Shown piece by piece: positions 41,900 through 50,888 of a DNA stretch of 56,761 bases. Numbering within the stretch: position 1 is the first letter of the stretch; each line of letters starts with the position of its first letter. The notes beneath the pieces are model-generated. The model saw only the letters and a program-made list of their open reading frames with translations, was not told the origin of the DNA and made no database searches. The stretch is taken from positions 1 to 56,761 of the forward strand of contig JAZNJE010000123.1 in NCBI GenBank assembly GCA_045577905.1. The letters are read 5' to 3'. The position numbers and the translations under genes are program-made. This stretch comes from Acutalibacteraceae bacterium. GTDB lineage: Bacteria; Bacillota; Clostridia; Oscillospirales; Acutalibacteraceae.

Positions 41900-42670
41900 A
41901 TGTTTTCGGTAAACCATCCAACCTTGTTTGTAATCGTCGGAATTATCATTGCTGCGGTGCTCGGACAGTCGGTATTTTTCCTTGTTCGCGCCATTAAACG
42001 TGCCGGTCAACTCGGAATAAGCCGTGAAAAAATCAGAAAGACGGTGGGCTCTTCTGCCGTTTTCACAATAGCACCGGCTATTGCGGTGCTTGTGGGAGTA
42101 GTGGCGCTTTCAAAGACTCTCGGCGTGGCTCTGCCGTGGCTTCGGCTTTCGGTTATAGGCTCGCTGACCTACGAAACGGTTGCGGCAGGCAATGCGATTG
42201 AGGCTCTTGACCTTTCAACCGCAGATACCATAACCGACCCGACCGCCTTTGTTACGGTGCTGTGGGTTATGACCCTCGGAATCGCAATAGGACTTATCTT
42301 GGCCCCCATTATTACCAAGAAGGTGCAAAGCGGTGTTGCCAAAATCGGTATGAAGGACAAAAAATGGGGAGAAATCTTCAACAATGCAATGTTCCTCGGT
42401 ATGATTTCGGCATTTTTGGGCTACGTTTTCTGTGACGTTACATATGCCTTTAACGGTTTTTATCAAGGGCTCACACCCGTTTGCGTAATGCTCGTTTCGG
42501 CGGTTGTTATGGCGGTGCTCGGGCTTCTTGCAACAAAATTAAAAATTCGTTGGCTCACCGACTATGCCTTGCCTATCAGTCTTATAGCGGGCATGGCATC
42601 GGCGATTTTATTCTCAAATATCTTTGACGGGTTTGAGGTTACCAAAGAAATGTTAGAGGGGGTAAAATAA
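41900..42670 (+). CDS. Polytopic membrane protein (DUF5058-like)
   Basis: Hydrophobic 256-aa ORF, first of three co-oriented genes that end with an M20 peptidase. Confidence 0.5.
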   Translation: MFSVNHPTLFVIVGIIIAAVLGQSVFFLVRAIKRAGQLGISREKIRKTVGSSAVFTIAPAIAVLVGVVALSKTLGVALPWLRLSVIGSLTYETVAAGNAIEALDLSTADTITDPTAFVTVLWVMTLGIAIGLILAPIITKKVQSGVAKIGMKDKKWGEIFNNAMFLGMISAFLGYVFCDVTYAFNGFYQGLTPVCVMLVSAVVMAVLGLLATKLKIRWLTDYALPISLIAGMASAILFSNIFDGFEVTKEMLEGVK

Positions 42671-42671
42671 G

Positions 42672-43337
42672 ATGAAAAAGCAAATGTCTTATATGGACTC
42701 GGTTCATTATTACGGCAAACGCTGGGGCATAGCCGTTATGCTTATCATTTTTGCATTCCCCGTTGCGGTATCCTTGATTTTCCAGTGCATCCCCGATTGG
42801 AGGGCGTTGGGACAAGGCCTTTTTGCGACCCTTCCTATGTATTGGGCGGTCGGTCTTGTTGAGATATTTACATATGTTCCGATGCTCGGAGCAGGAGGCA
42901 CATATCTTTCCTTTGTAACGGGCAACATTTCAAACATAAAACTTCCCTGTGCCATAGACGCTATGGAAAGGGCAAACGTCAAGGCATCGAGCGAGGAGGG
43001 AGAGGTAATTTCAACAATCTCCATTGCAGTTTCCTCCATTGTTACCACCGTCATTATTATTTTGGGAGTAATTCTTATAATTCCTTTAACACCGCTGCTT
43101 GAATCTTCTGTTTTAGAGCCTGCATTCGGTATGATTTTACCCGCGCTTTTCGGCGGACTTGCGGTGGTCTTTATCTCAAAGAATGTAAAACTTTCCATTC
43201 TCCCCATAATCTTAATGCTGGCACTCTTCATTTCGGTACCGGCACTTAACGCAGGCACGGTAGGAATTATGGTTCCTGTCGGCGTTGTATTTACGGTTGC
43301 CGTTGCAAGAGTTATGTATAAAAAAGGAATGTTATAA
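42672..43337 (+). CDS. Polytopic membrane protein, unknown family
   Basis: Hydrophobic 221-aa ORF with tight spacing to both neighbours. Confidence 0.5.
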   Translation: MKKQMSYMDSVHYYGKRWGIAVMLIIFAFPVAVSLIFQCIPDWRALGQGLFATLPMYWAVGLVEIFTYVPMLGAGGTYLSFVTGNISNIKLPCAIDAMERANVKASSEEGEVISTISIAVSSIVTTVIIILGVILIIPLTPLLESSVLEPAFGMILPALFGGLAVVFISKNVKLSILPIILMLALFISVPALNAGTVGIMVPVGVVFTVAVARVMYKKGML

Positions 43338-43338
43338 T

Positions 43339-44775
43339 ATGTTCGTACTTTACATGGTTTTAGGGGTTATAGCCTTATTTTTAACCGTTTTGGTTATAAG
43401 AGCCTTAATGTTCACTCCCAAAAAGGGCGTTTCGGCAGACCTGACTGAGGTTAGTTTCGATAAGGAATTGGTAATAAACCGTTTGGTGGAACTCATCCGT
43501 TATAAGACGGTTTCATACCGTGACCCCGTTTTGGAGGACGATGCTGAGTTTAAAAAACTTATAAACAGTCTTCCCCGCCTTTATCCCAACGTTTTTAAGG
43601 AATGTGAATATAAGGAATTTCCCGACAGAGGAATTCTTTTCCGTTGGAAGGGCAAAAATGAAGGAGAGCCCTCCGTTTTGATGGCACATTACGATGTAGT
43701 TCCCGTAAACGAAGAAGATTGGGAGAAACCAGCCTTTGAGGGGATCATCGAGGACGGAGTTCTCTGGGGAAGAGGCTCCCTTGACACAAAGGGCACCTTT
43801 AACGGCGTGCTTTCGGCGGCCGACCACCTTATAGGAGAGGGATTTACCCCCCAAAATGATATTTATTTTGCCTTTTCGGGCGGCGAGGAGATCAACGGCA
43901 AGGGTGCGGTAAATATCGTCGATTACTTTGAGGAAAATGGCATAACCCCCTCTTTGGTTGTTGACGAGGGCGGCGCCGTGGTAGAAAATGTTTTCCCCGG
44001 CGTAAAGGCGCCTTGCGGACTTATCGGAATTGCCGAAAAGGGTATGATGGACGTGAGATATACCGCCAAATCTGCGGGCGGACACGCATCGGCTCCCAAG
44101 CCAAATTCTCCGATTGCCCGTCTGTCAAGGGCATGTTTAAGGCTCGAAAAAAAGCCTTTTAAATCACATATTACCAAGCCGGTTGCGGAACTTTTTGATA
44201 CACTCGGCAGGCATTCCACCTTTGTTTTTAAAATAGTCTTTGCAAGTTTTCCGCTTTTCAAGGGACTGCTTGATGAATTTATGTGCAAAAAATCGGGCGG
44301 GGAGATAAATGCCCTGCTTCGCACAACAGTTGCCTTTACTCAAACCGAGGGCAGCCGTGCAACAAATGTTATACCGCCAAAGGCGAGCATGGTTTCAAAT
44401 ATTCGACTCAACCCCGAGGACAATATAGAATCGGCCCTTTCCTATCTTAAAAAGACGGTCGGTGACGGGGTCGAAATAGAGTTGATTCACGGAATGAACC
44501 CCTCACGCATATCCCGTACCGATTGTGAAGGCTACAACAAGGTGGCGTCGGCGGTTGCATCGACCTGGCGGGGCTGTATAGTATCTCCGTATCTTATGGT
44601 GCAATGCTCCGACTCCCGTCATTGGGGAAGAATCAGCGACCGAGTTTACAGATTTTCAGCCATGGACCTAACCTCCGAAGAGAGGGCAACCATTCACGGC
44701 AACAACGAGAAAATCCGTCTCGATTGTGCGGCTCGCGCGGTTGAGTTTTATATCCGTTTAATGAGGAATTGCTAA
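43339..44775 (+). CDS. M20/M25/M40-family metallopeptidase with an N-terminal TM anchor
   Basis: Motifs MAHYDVVP, GRGSLDTKG and GGEE. ATG at 43339. Confidence 0.8.
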   Translation: MFVLYMVLGVIALFLTVLVIRALMFTPKKGVSADLTEVSFDKELVINRLVELIRYKTVSYRDPVLEDDAEFKKLINSLPRLYPNVFKECEYKEFPDRGILFRWKGKNEGEPSVLMAHYDVVPVNEEDWEKPAFEGIIEDGVLWGRGSLDTKGTFNGVLSAADHLIGEGFTPQNDIYFAFSGGEEINGKGAVNIVDYFEENGITPSLVVDEGGAVVENVFPGVKAPCGLIGIAEKGMMDVRYTAKSAGGHASAPKPNSPIARLSRACLRLEKKPFKSHITKPVAELFDTLGRHSTFVFKIVFASFPLFKGLLDEFMCKKSGGEINALLRTTVAFTQTEGSRATNVIPPKASMVSNIRLNPEDNIESALSYLKKTVGDGVEIELIHGMNPSRISRTDCEGYNKVASAVASTWRGCIVSPYLMVQCSDSRHWGRISDRVYRFSAMDLTSEERATIHGNNEKIRLDCAARAVEFYIRLMRNC

Positions 44776-45287
44776 TGAAAATTTTAATTGCAAGTGATAT
44801 ACACGGTTCGGAATATTGGTGCAGAAAAATGCTTGCGGCATATAAATCTGAAAAGGCCGACAAACTTCTCCTTCTCGGCGACATTTTGTACCACGGACCG
44901 AGAAACGACCTGCCCGAAGGCTACAATCCCAAGGAGGTTATCAACCTTTTAAATGAAATCAGGGATGAAATATTGGCGGTTCGGGGAAACTGTGATACCG
45001 AGGTTGACCAGATGGTCTTAAAATTTCCGATTCTGGCAGACTACGCTTATATTTGCGAGGGTGATACCCGAATTTTCGCAACCCACGGACATAAGTTTAA
45101 CGAGGAAAATCTTCCGCCCCTTAAAAAGGGAGATATTCTGCTTAACGGCCACACCCATGTTCAGGTAAAAAGGGAACACCAAGAATACACCTATATAAAT
45201 CCCGGCTCGGTTTCAATTCCCAAGGAAAACACCGGCCACGGATATGCGATTTTCGAGAATGGAGAGGTAGTGTTAAAATGCCTTTAA
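44775..45287 (+). CDS. YfcE/MJ0936-family metallophosphoesterase
   Basis: Motifs SDIHG, GDILYHG, GNCD, HGH and GHTH. Confidence 0.85.
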   Translation: MKILIASDIHGSEYWCRKMLAAYKSEKADKLLLLGDILYHGPRNDLPEGYNPKEVINLLNEIRDEILAVRGNCDTEVDQMVLKFPILADYAYICEGDTRIFATHGHKFNEENLPPLKKGDILLNGHTHVQVKREHQEYTYINPGSVSIPKENTGHGYAIFENGEVVLKCL

Positions 45288-45652
45288 CACAAAACCCGGT
45301 CCATATCTTTGAACCTAATCCGCTTGCCTGCGGTCAGGCGGTGTTGGCGATGCTTACCGACACCGATGTTGGCGAGATAATCGAACTTGTCGGCACCGAT
45401 AGGGAAACAACCCTTTCGGATATGATAAATACCCTTAAAACTTTGGGCATAGAAATGATAAAAACAAGGGGAGAGGCATCCAAAAAGAGCGACCTTCCGC
45501 AAATTGCCGTTTTAAGCCTTGAAACACCTAAATGTTGGCATTGGTCGCTTTATTTCAGGGGTCGGTTTTATGACCCCGAGTATGGCGTGCTTGACGATTT
45601 TCCGCCCTCAAACAGAAGATATTACTTTGAGATTAAAAGGAGTGTTTTATGA
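45278..45652 (+). CDS. Small C39-like (papain-fold) cysteine peptidase domain protein
   Basis: Candidate catalytic Cys in NPLACGQAVLAML and His in CWHWSLYF; 124 aa. Confidence 0.45.
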   Translation: MPLTQNPVHIFEPNPLACGQAVLAMLTDTDVGEIIELVGTDRETTLSDMINTLKTLGIEMIKTRGEASKKSDLPQIAVLSLETPKCWHWSLYFRGRFYDPEYGVLDDFPPSNRRYYFEIKRSVL

Positions 45653-46245
45653 AAAATGAAACCCTGCAAAGAAGGATAAATGTGGCGGGATATTTTGCCG
45701 TCACCCTCTTTCTTTTAAAACTCATAAACCTTTTTCTTGATTTTTCGGTACTTAAAGAAGGCCCCTATATTGCAGAAAGAGTACTTGAAGTTTTGGCACC
45801 TGTTTTTGTAGCAATATTTTGTCTTTTAAACCGAAAGAACCAAAAAATCAGGTGGTGGCCGATAACGGTCGGCTTTTCTGCCCTTTGCCTTTCGGGCCTT
45901 ATAGGGTACAGTTCGGCAGTAATGTCCATTTCGGTGGGGTCAAACGGTTTTGTTCTGTCGCTTTTTCTAGCAACCACACTTTTTAACATAGCGGGCATAT
46001 TGGTTGTGGCAGGAAGTCTTTTCGATTTTGAGTATAAAGTGCTCTTCGCCGCAGGCACCGCACTTTCGGCACTCTCGGTTGCGGCAAGCCTGGTTATAAC
46101 AACCCTTTATTTGGCATTTCTTGGTGCATTTGCCGAGCAGGGACTTAGCGGAATTAACCTTCCCAAAACGCTTGAACAAATTATAGAAGTTTTATTCTAT
46201 ATTTCGTTATTCATTCTAAATTCAAAGGAAAAAAAGGAGCAGTAA
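45649..46245 (+). CDS. Polytopic membrane protein, unknown family
   Basis: Hydrophobic 198-aa ORF that overlaps the upstream gene by 4 nt. Confidence 0.5.
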   Translation: MKNETLQRRINVAGYFAVTLFLLKLINLFLDFSVLKEGPYIAERVLEVLAPVFVAIFCLLNRKNQKIRWWPITVGFSALCLSGLIGYSSAVMSISVGSNGFVLSLFLATTLFNIAGILVVAGSLFDFEYKVLFAAGTALSALSVAASLVITTLYLAFLGAFAEQGLSGINLPKTLEQIIEVLFYISLFILNSKEKKEQ

Positions 46246-46246
46246 A

Positions 46247-46747
46247 ATGGACACTTTTTATGAACAAATAGTAAGTATGAAGAAAACGGGCAAAGATTAC
46301 GCCATTATCGCAGGCTCATTTTTGTTGGCGCTTTTAATTTGCTATATAAATTTCTTATTTATATTTATCATACTCCCTCCCCTCGGCATAGTCGTTATGT
46401 TTGGAGTTATATGGGCACTGTATAAGGTATTTATGATTACCTTTGTTGAGTATGAGTATATCTTCACAAACGGCGACCTTGATATAGACAAAATTACTGC
46501 AAAATCTTCCCGTAAGAGGATGATAACAATCAAATGCGGCAAGGTTGAAAAGTTTGCAAAATACACGGCCGAGGTTACACCTCCCGCATCGGTTAAAAAG
46601 GTTTTCACCTTCTGCGATAAAAACGACGATAGGGCAAGGTATATCATTGTCCCCACTAAAAAACACGGAACGGTAATGGTGATTTTTGCCCCCGACGACC
46701 GCATTTGCGAAGTTGTCGAAAAATCCATACCAAGGATTGCACAATAA
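46247..46747 (+). CDS. Membrane protein with a two-TM hairpin and a soluble C-terminal domain, unknown family
   Basis: 166-aa ORF, tightly packed with its neighbours. Confidence 0.5.
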   Translation: MDTFYEQIVSMKKTGKDYAIIAGSFLLALLICYINFLFIFIILPPLGIVVMFGVIWALYKVFMITFVEYEYIFTNGDLDIDKITAKSSRKRMITIKCGKVEKFAKYTAEVTPPASVKKVFTFCDKNDDRARYIIVPTKKHGTVMVIFAPDDRICEVVEKSIPRIAQ

Positions 46748-48258
46748 TGAAAATAATTACCGCAAAAACAATGAAAGATGCCGAAGAAGCGGCGGTGCAA
46801 AGAGGGCTCGGATACGATGTCCTTATGGAAAATGCAGGTGCCGCAGTCGGTGCTTTTATAAAGGAGACACTTCCTCTTAAAGGAAAAACCGCCGCGGTCA
46901 TTTGCGGTGCGGGAAACAACGGAGGGGACGGATTTGTTATTGCCCGAAAACTTTTTGAGCAGGGTGCCGCCGTCTCGGTAATTCTTGCAAACGGTTTGCC
47001 CAGAACCGAGCAGGCGGGCATTATGTACCGCCGACTGCCGACGGGGGTTACCGTCTATGATGCCGAAAAGTTTTCCTCTGCCTGCCTTCGTATAATTTCG
47101 GCGGCAGACATAACGGTAGATGCTATAATCGGTTCAGGGCTTAATGCACCTCTTCAAGGATTTGCCGCCCAAGCGGTCAATGCCGCAAACCAAAGCCAAA
47201 AGGCAGTTCGTTTTGCGGTAGATGTTCCGTCGGGACTATTGGCCGACGGAGGTTTTTTTGAGCCCTGTTTTTCGGCACATTATACCGTTACCTTTGAGGC
47301 AGTCAAACTCTGCCACGTGCTATTTCCCGCAAATCGGTATTGTGGAGCCGTTAGGGTTGCCACTATCGGGATAGACACCGCAATATTTGACTCCCTGCCC
47401 ATCGAAGCACAGACTATTGACTCGGTTTCGATTAAAAATAGGGAACGGAACACCCATAAAGGAAACTACGGAACCGCCCTTTCGGTTACCGGTTCCTACG
47501 GAATGGCGGGAGCCTCTGTTTTAGCATCAACCGCGGCACTTAGAATGGGCGTGGGAATAATGAAAACTGCGATTGTTCAGGAAAACTATGTTCCTGTTGC
47601 GGTTGCGGTGCCCGAATCGGTGCTTATTCCCTGCGAGAGTACGGCGGGAAGATACTCTGTAATGGCACTGCCCACCTTAAAGGAACATCTTAAAACTGCA
47701 TCGGCTTTGCTTATCGGATGCGGACTCGGTGTAACAAAGGATACCGCCTATATAACAAAGGAACTATGCCTTTCATCGACGGTTCCTGTAATAGTTGATG
47801 CCGACGGCATAAATTCAATAGCCTCCGACATAGAATTTACAGAACAGATGAAGGCCCCCCTTATAATGACACCCCATCCGGGGGAAATGTCTCGGCTTAT
47901 CAATATGAGCACTGCCGAAATAGAGGCGGACCGAATTGGAGTGGCACGCAGGTTTGCAACCCTTAAAGGTGTGTATCTGGTTTTAAAGGGCGCTTATACC
48001 GTCATAGCGGCACCCGACGGAGAGGTGTTTATAAACACCTCGGGCAATGCCGGAATGGCGACGGGCGGCACAGGGGATATGCTTGCAGGAATGATATTAT
48101 CCCTTTTGGCGCAGGGCTATGAGGTAAAAGAGGCTCTGAAAATCGGGGTAAGACTCCACGCACTTTCGGGCGATACGGCAAAGGAAAAGGTCGGAGAGGT
48201 CTCACTTTTGCCCCGCGATATGCTTGAACAACTGCCTTCTCTGTTGAAAAACATTTAA
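46747..48258 (+). CDS. nnr: Bifunctional NAD(P)H-hydrate repair enzyme (epimerase/dehydratase)
   Basis: N-terminal YjeF_N motif (GAGNNGGDG) and a C-terminal carbohydrate-kinase-type domain (GGTGDMLAG). ATG at 46747. Confidence 0.9.
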   Translation: MKIITAKTMKDAEEAAVQRGLGYDVLMENAGAAVGAFIKETLPLKGKTAAVICGAGNNGGDGFVIARKLFEQGAAVSVILANGLPRTEQAGIMYRRLPTGVTVYDAEKFSSACLRIISAADITVDAIIGSGLNAPLQGFAAQAVNAANQSQKAVRFAVDVPSGLLADGGFFEPCFSAHYTVTFEAVKLCHVLFPANRYCGAVRVATIGIDTAIFDSLPIEAQTIDSVSIKNRERNTHKGNYGTALSVTGSYGMAGASVLASTAALRMGVGIMKTAIVQENYVPVAVAVPESVLIPCESTAGRYSVMALPTLKEHLKTASALLIGCGLGVTKDTAYITKELCLSSTVPVIVDADGINSIASDIEFTEQMKAPLIMTPHPGEMSRLINMSTAEIEADRIGVARRFATLKGVYLVLKGAYTVIAAPDGEVFINTSGNAGMATGGTGDMLAGMILSLLAQGYEVKEALKIGVRLHALSGDTAKEKVGEVSLLPRDMLEQLPSLLKNI

Positions 48259-48270
48259 GAAGGCGACATT

Positions 48271-48774
48271 TTGAAAAAAATAATCTCCCTTATCATCATT
48301 TTAATAACCCTTGCGGCATGTTCCGGCAAAGAGGGGGTAAAACCGCAACTTTGCGGAATATCTTTTACTGCCGATATAACCTATTATAATGAGAATTATA
48401 AGGGAGATTTTACGGTCTTGGATAACGGGGATATGACCGTTATAATTCGGGAGCCCGAAATTTTAGAGGGATATACCGTAACGGTAGCCAACGGCAAAAT
48501 GACCGCCGAGTATTTGGGACTCACCTTTGTTCCGGGCACGGGGAATATGCCGTTTTCGGGAGTGCTTGACGAGGTTTATTCAAAACTAACCGAAATAAGG
48601 GGTTCATCCTTGTTGGCCAATCTTAAAAACGGCGAATATATACTCAAAGACGGCAAGGACCTGTCGGAATACACCCTCTATGTTTCGCCTACGGGACTGC
48701 CTCAAAGACTGCTGATTCCCGACGAAGCCTTTTCGGTGTATTTTTATAATGTGAGCATAATAAACAAGGGGTAA
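48271..48774 (+). CDS. Lipoprotein, unknown function
   Basis: Signal peptide with the lipobox LAAC. TTG start. Confidence 0.55.
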   Translation: MKKIISLIIILITLAACSGKEGVKPQLCGISFTADITYYNENYKGDFTVLDNGDMTVIIREPEILEGYTVTVANGKMTAEYLGLTFVPGTGNMPFSGVLDEVYSKLTEIRGSSLLANLKNGEYILKDGKDLSEYTLYVSPTGLPQRLLIPDEAFSVYFYNVSIINKG

Positions 48775-48803
48775 TTAACAGATTGCCGTAGCAGGGGAAT
48801 TTT

Positions 48804-49310
48804 ATGAACAAGGAAAATTATATTAAAATAATGTCGTGGTGGCAAAGCCACAAAAAACTGCTTAAAGTAACAGCAATGGCCGAAAGGATTTTGGAAATTG
48901 TTACGGTGGTTGGCTATCTTGTGCTGCTTTTATATTCGGCGTATGTCAATGGTGGACTTCTGCTTCGTTCGGCAGTAACGAGCGTTATTGCCCTTTACGG
49001 ATGCACCCTTTTGCGCTTTACGGTAAACGCACCGCGTCCATACCAAAAATATGATACCCTACCTGCCATTAACAAGTACACTAAGGGTCAGTCCTTTCCG
49101 AGCCGACACTTAACCTCGATTTCAGTTATTTCAATCAGCATGATGTATATGAATACATATGTAGGCATAATATTTATCTTATTTACATTTATGATGGGCG
49201 CCCTTCGGGTTCTGCTCGGAGTTCACTTTGTAAAGGATGTTGCGGTCGGTGCCGCAATCGGTTGGATTATCGGCATCACGGGAATCTACCTGATTCCGTT
49301 GCTGTTTTAA
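48804..49310 (+). CDS. PAP2-family phosphatase
   Basis: Motifs PRPY, SFPSRH and GVHFVKDV. Confidence 0.8.
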   Translation: MNKENYIKIMSWWQSHKKLLKVTAMAERILEIVTVVGYLVLLLYSAYVNGGLLLRSAVTSVIALYGCTLLRFTVNAPRPYQKYDTLPAINKYTKGQSFPSRHLTSISVISISMMYMNTYVGIIFILFTFMMGALRVLLGVHFVKDVAVGAAIGWIIGITGIYLIPLLF

Positions 49311-49487
49311 GAGACAGCCGTTAGTAAATATCCCCGAAAATTATGTGTCACTATAAGGTTTTAATTAACTTAAATTAAAGAACACAAGCTAAATAAAACA
49401 CCTATGGCAGTTTGCGCCATAGGTGTTTTAATAGGCGGAAGATAGGCTTGGCTTCTTGTGTAAAAGAATTATGCCGACAAAGAACGA

Positions 49488-49516
49488 TTGATTTTTATGT
49501 GCAAATGTGTTAGAAT
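49488..49516 (+). promoter_or_regulatory. Sigma-A type promoter upstream of tRNA-Arg
   Basis: TTGATT (49488..49493), 17 nt spacer, TAGAAT (49511..49516). Confidence 0.55.
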
Positions 49517-49525
49517 GATGATTGT

Positions 49526-49571
49526 GATTTTGTGGCGAAACAAAATTGTTTGGCTGACCTATTTCATTATA
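49526..49571 (+). repeat. Second copy of the 47-bp promoter-containing module (first copy at 1788..1834)
   Basis: GATTTTGTGGCGAAACAAAATTGTTTGGCTGACCTATTTCATTATA. Confidence 0.6.
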
Positions 49572-49583
49572 ACAAAAATATTT

Positions 49584-49660
49584 CCGCTCGTGGCGCAGTT
49601 GGATAACGCAGCAGATTCCGATTCTGAAGAACGGGGGTTCGAATCCCTTCGAGCGGGCCA
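49584..49660 (+). tRNA. tRNA-Arg (anticodon CCG), atypical, CCA encoded
   Basis: Manual cloverleaf: acceptor CCGCTCG/CGAGCGG (C1:G72), anticodon loop TTCCGAT, T arm GGGGG-TTCGAAT-CCCTT with two G:U pairs, and one D-stem mismatch. Confidence 0.7.
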
Positions 49661-49911
49661 AAGAAAACGACAAGTTTCGATAGAACCTTGTCTTTTTCAG
49701 TTATATTCGCCTTGCGGCGAGTTAGGCACAATATCACTTAAAACTGTAGGGGTTCAAACACATAGGTTGACTTTTTGAAAGGTATCGAATCTACACACCC
49801 TTTCCAAATAAAAATGAGCCTACCGTAAGGTTTCGGCTTGTTTTTATTTTGTGATAACTATGAGGGATGAGAAGCAGGAGTAGTAGCGAATACTATAGTT
49901 TTATAAAAAAG

Positions 49912-49991
49912 ATGTCCTTTTTTTTCGCGTTTTATGTCCACCTGTGTCCATATTTTTTACTTTATAATAATTCTTGCAAATCGATTTGCAA
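49912..49991 (+). promoter_or_regulatory. Islet promoter: three phased TGTCC repeats, N13, the -10 TATAAT, then a perfect 18-bp palindrome
   Basis: ATGTCC (49912), ATGTCC (49934) and TGTCC (49945), then 13 nt, then TATAAT (49963..49968). The palindrome TTGCAAATCGATTTGCAA is at 49974..49991. Confidence 0.6.
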
Positions 49992-50018
49992 TTTTTATTA
50001 TAAAGGAGTATTATTAAA

Positions 50019-50576
50019 ATGAGTTTTTTTAGCGAATTGTTTTCTGCCGGAGTGGGGGGTGAGAAAACACCTGCTGCACCGAAATGGAACAAATGGATAC
50101 ATCGTAATTTAAGTGATAATCATTGTCCAGAATGTCTGATGCTCGATAGTTGTTGGTTTCAAAGAGAGAAAACGCCCAAGTGGCCACACCATCCGTTTTG
50201 TCATTGTATCTTAGAAGATATCCCGTATAACGATGTATTAACCAAAACCACATCTGATAGCGCTTATAGTAAATTTGATATATACTTATTCAACACAGAA
50301 GGTAGATACTCTGACACTAAAAAGCATTTGTTTGAAAGTTGGGGATATACCGTTGAAGATGGTAAGTGGTTGCAAAGCGAAATTAATAAACAAGGGTTAG
50401 AAAAGTATATTTCGGGCAATTATGTATTAGGAAAATTGAATAAAGACGGGCAACGAATTAGTATTCGAATTGAAATTCCAAGAAAAGATAAAACTGAAAA
50501 AGTTTCTTTTATTACCGGTTGGATGGCATATCCAAACGGACATATACAGTTAACAACGCCTTATGGAGGTAAATAA
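50019..50576 (+). CDS. Mini MuF/SPP1-gp7-type zinc-ribbon motif fused to a DUF6883-like C-terminal domain (toxin-like or effector-like)
   Basis: W...L.D..CPEC..LD......P..P.HPFCHC matches the C-terminal signature of phage head-morphogenesis (MuF) domains. The C-terminal ~110 aa fit the DUF6883 pattern (K...YL......K..F...GY....W..L ... TGWMAYP). Confidence 0.55.
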   Translation: MSFFSELFSAGVGGEKTPAAPKWNKWIHRNLSDNHCPECLMLDSCWFQREKTPKWPHHPFCHCILEDIPYNDVLTKTTSDSAYSKFDIYLFNTEGRYSDTKKHLFESWGYTVEDGKWLQSEINKQGLEKYISGNYVLGKLNKDGQRISIRIEIPRKDKTEKVSFITGWMAYPNGHIQLTTPYGGK

Positions 50577-50577
50577 T

Positions 50578-50826
50578 ATGAAAATGATGGATTGTGTAGA
50601 AGTAATTGTTGAAAAAGAAAAGTATGTTAAGGACGGAGTTCATAAAGGAATGCAGGGCTGGATTTGTTTGGAACAACGAACCGACGGATATTGGCTTGTG
50701 AATTTTCCGCAATACGGCGAAAAAGAGGATATTGCCGAAATCTCAATTAGCGAAGAAGATTTAAAACTTATTCCCAAAATGGATGCGAGAGTTAACGAAC
50801 AAATAAAAGCTAAATTCGGCGATTAA
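50578..50826 (+). CDS. DUF4926-like small protein (putative immunity/antitoxin partner)
   Basis: 82 aa with an SH3-like pattern (D.VEVIVEK...V..G..G.I......DGYWLVNF). The ATG lies 8 nt after GGAGG and 2 nt after the upstream stop. Confidence 0.5.
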   Translation: MKMMDCVEVIVEKEKYVKDGVHKGMQGWICLEQRTDGYWLVNFPQYGEKEDIAEISISEEDLKLIPKMDARVNEQIKAKFGD

Positions 50827-50852
50827 CATTATGTATATTTGAATCCCTTTCC

Positions 50853-50887
50853 AAAAACAAGACAGTCTTTGGACTGTCTTGTTTTTA
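50853..50887 (+). terminator. Intrinsic terminator after the islet genes
   Basis: An 11-bp stem ACAAGACAGTC/GACTGTCTTGT followed by TTTT. Confidence 0.75.
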
Positions 50888-50888
50888 T

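Noticed and set aside
49428-49778. ORFs 49428..49673(-) and 49488..49778(+) as coding genes
   Set aside because: Both overlap the tRNA-Arg gene and its promoter, and neither has any protein-like features.
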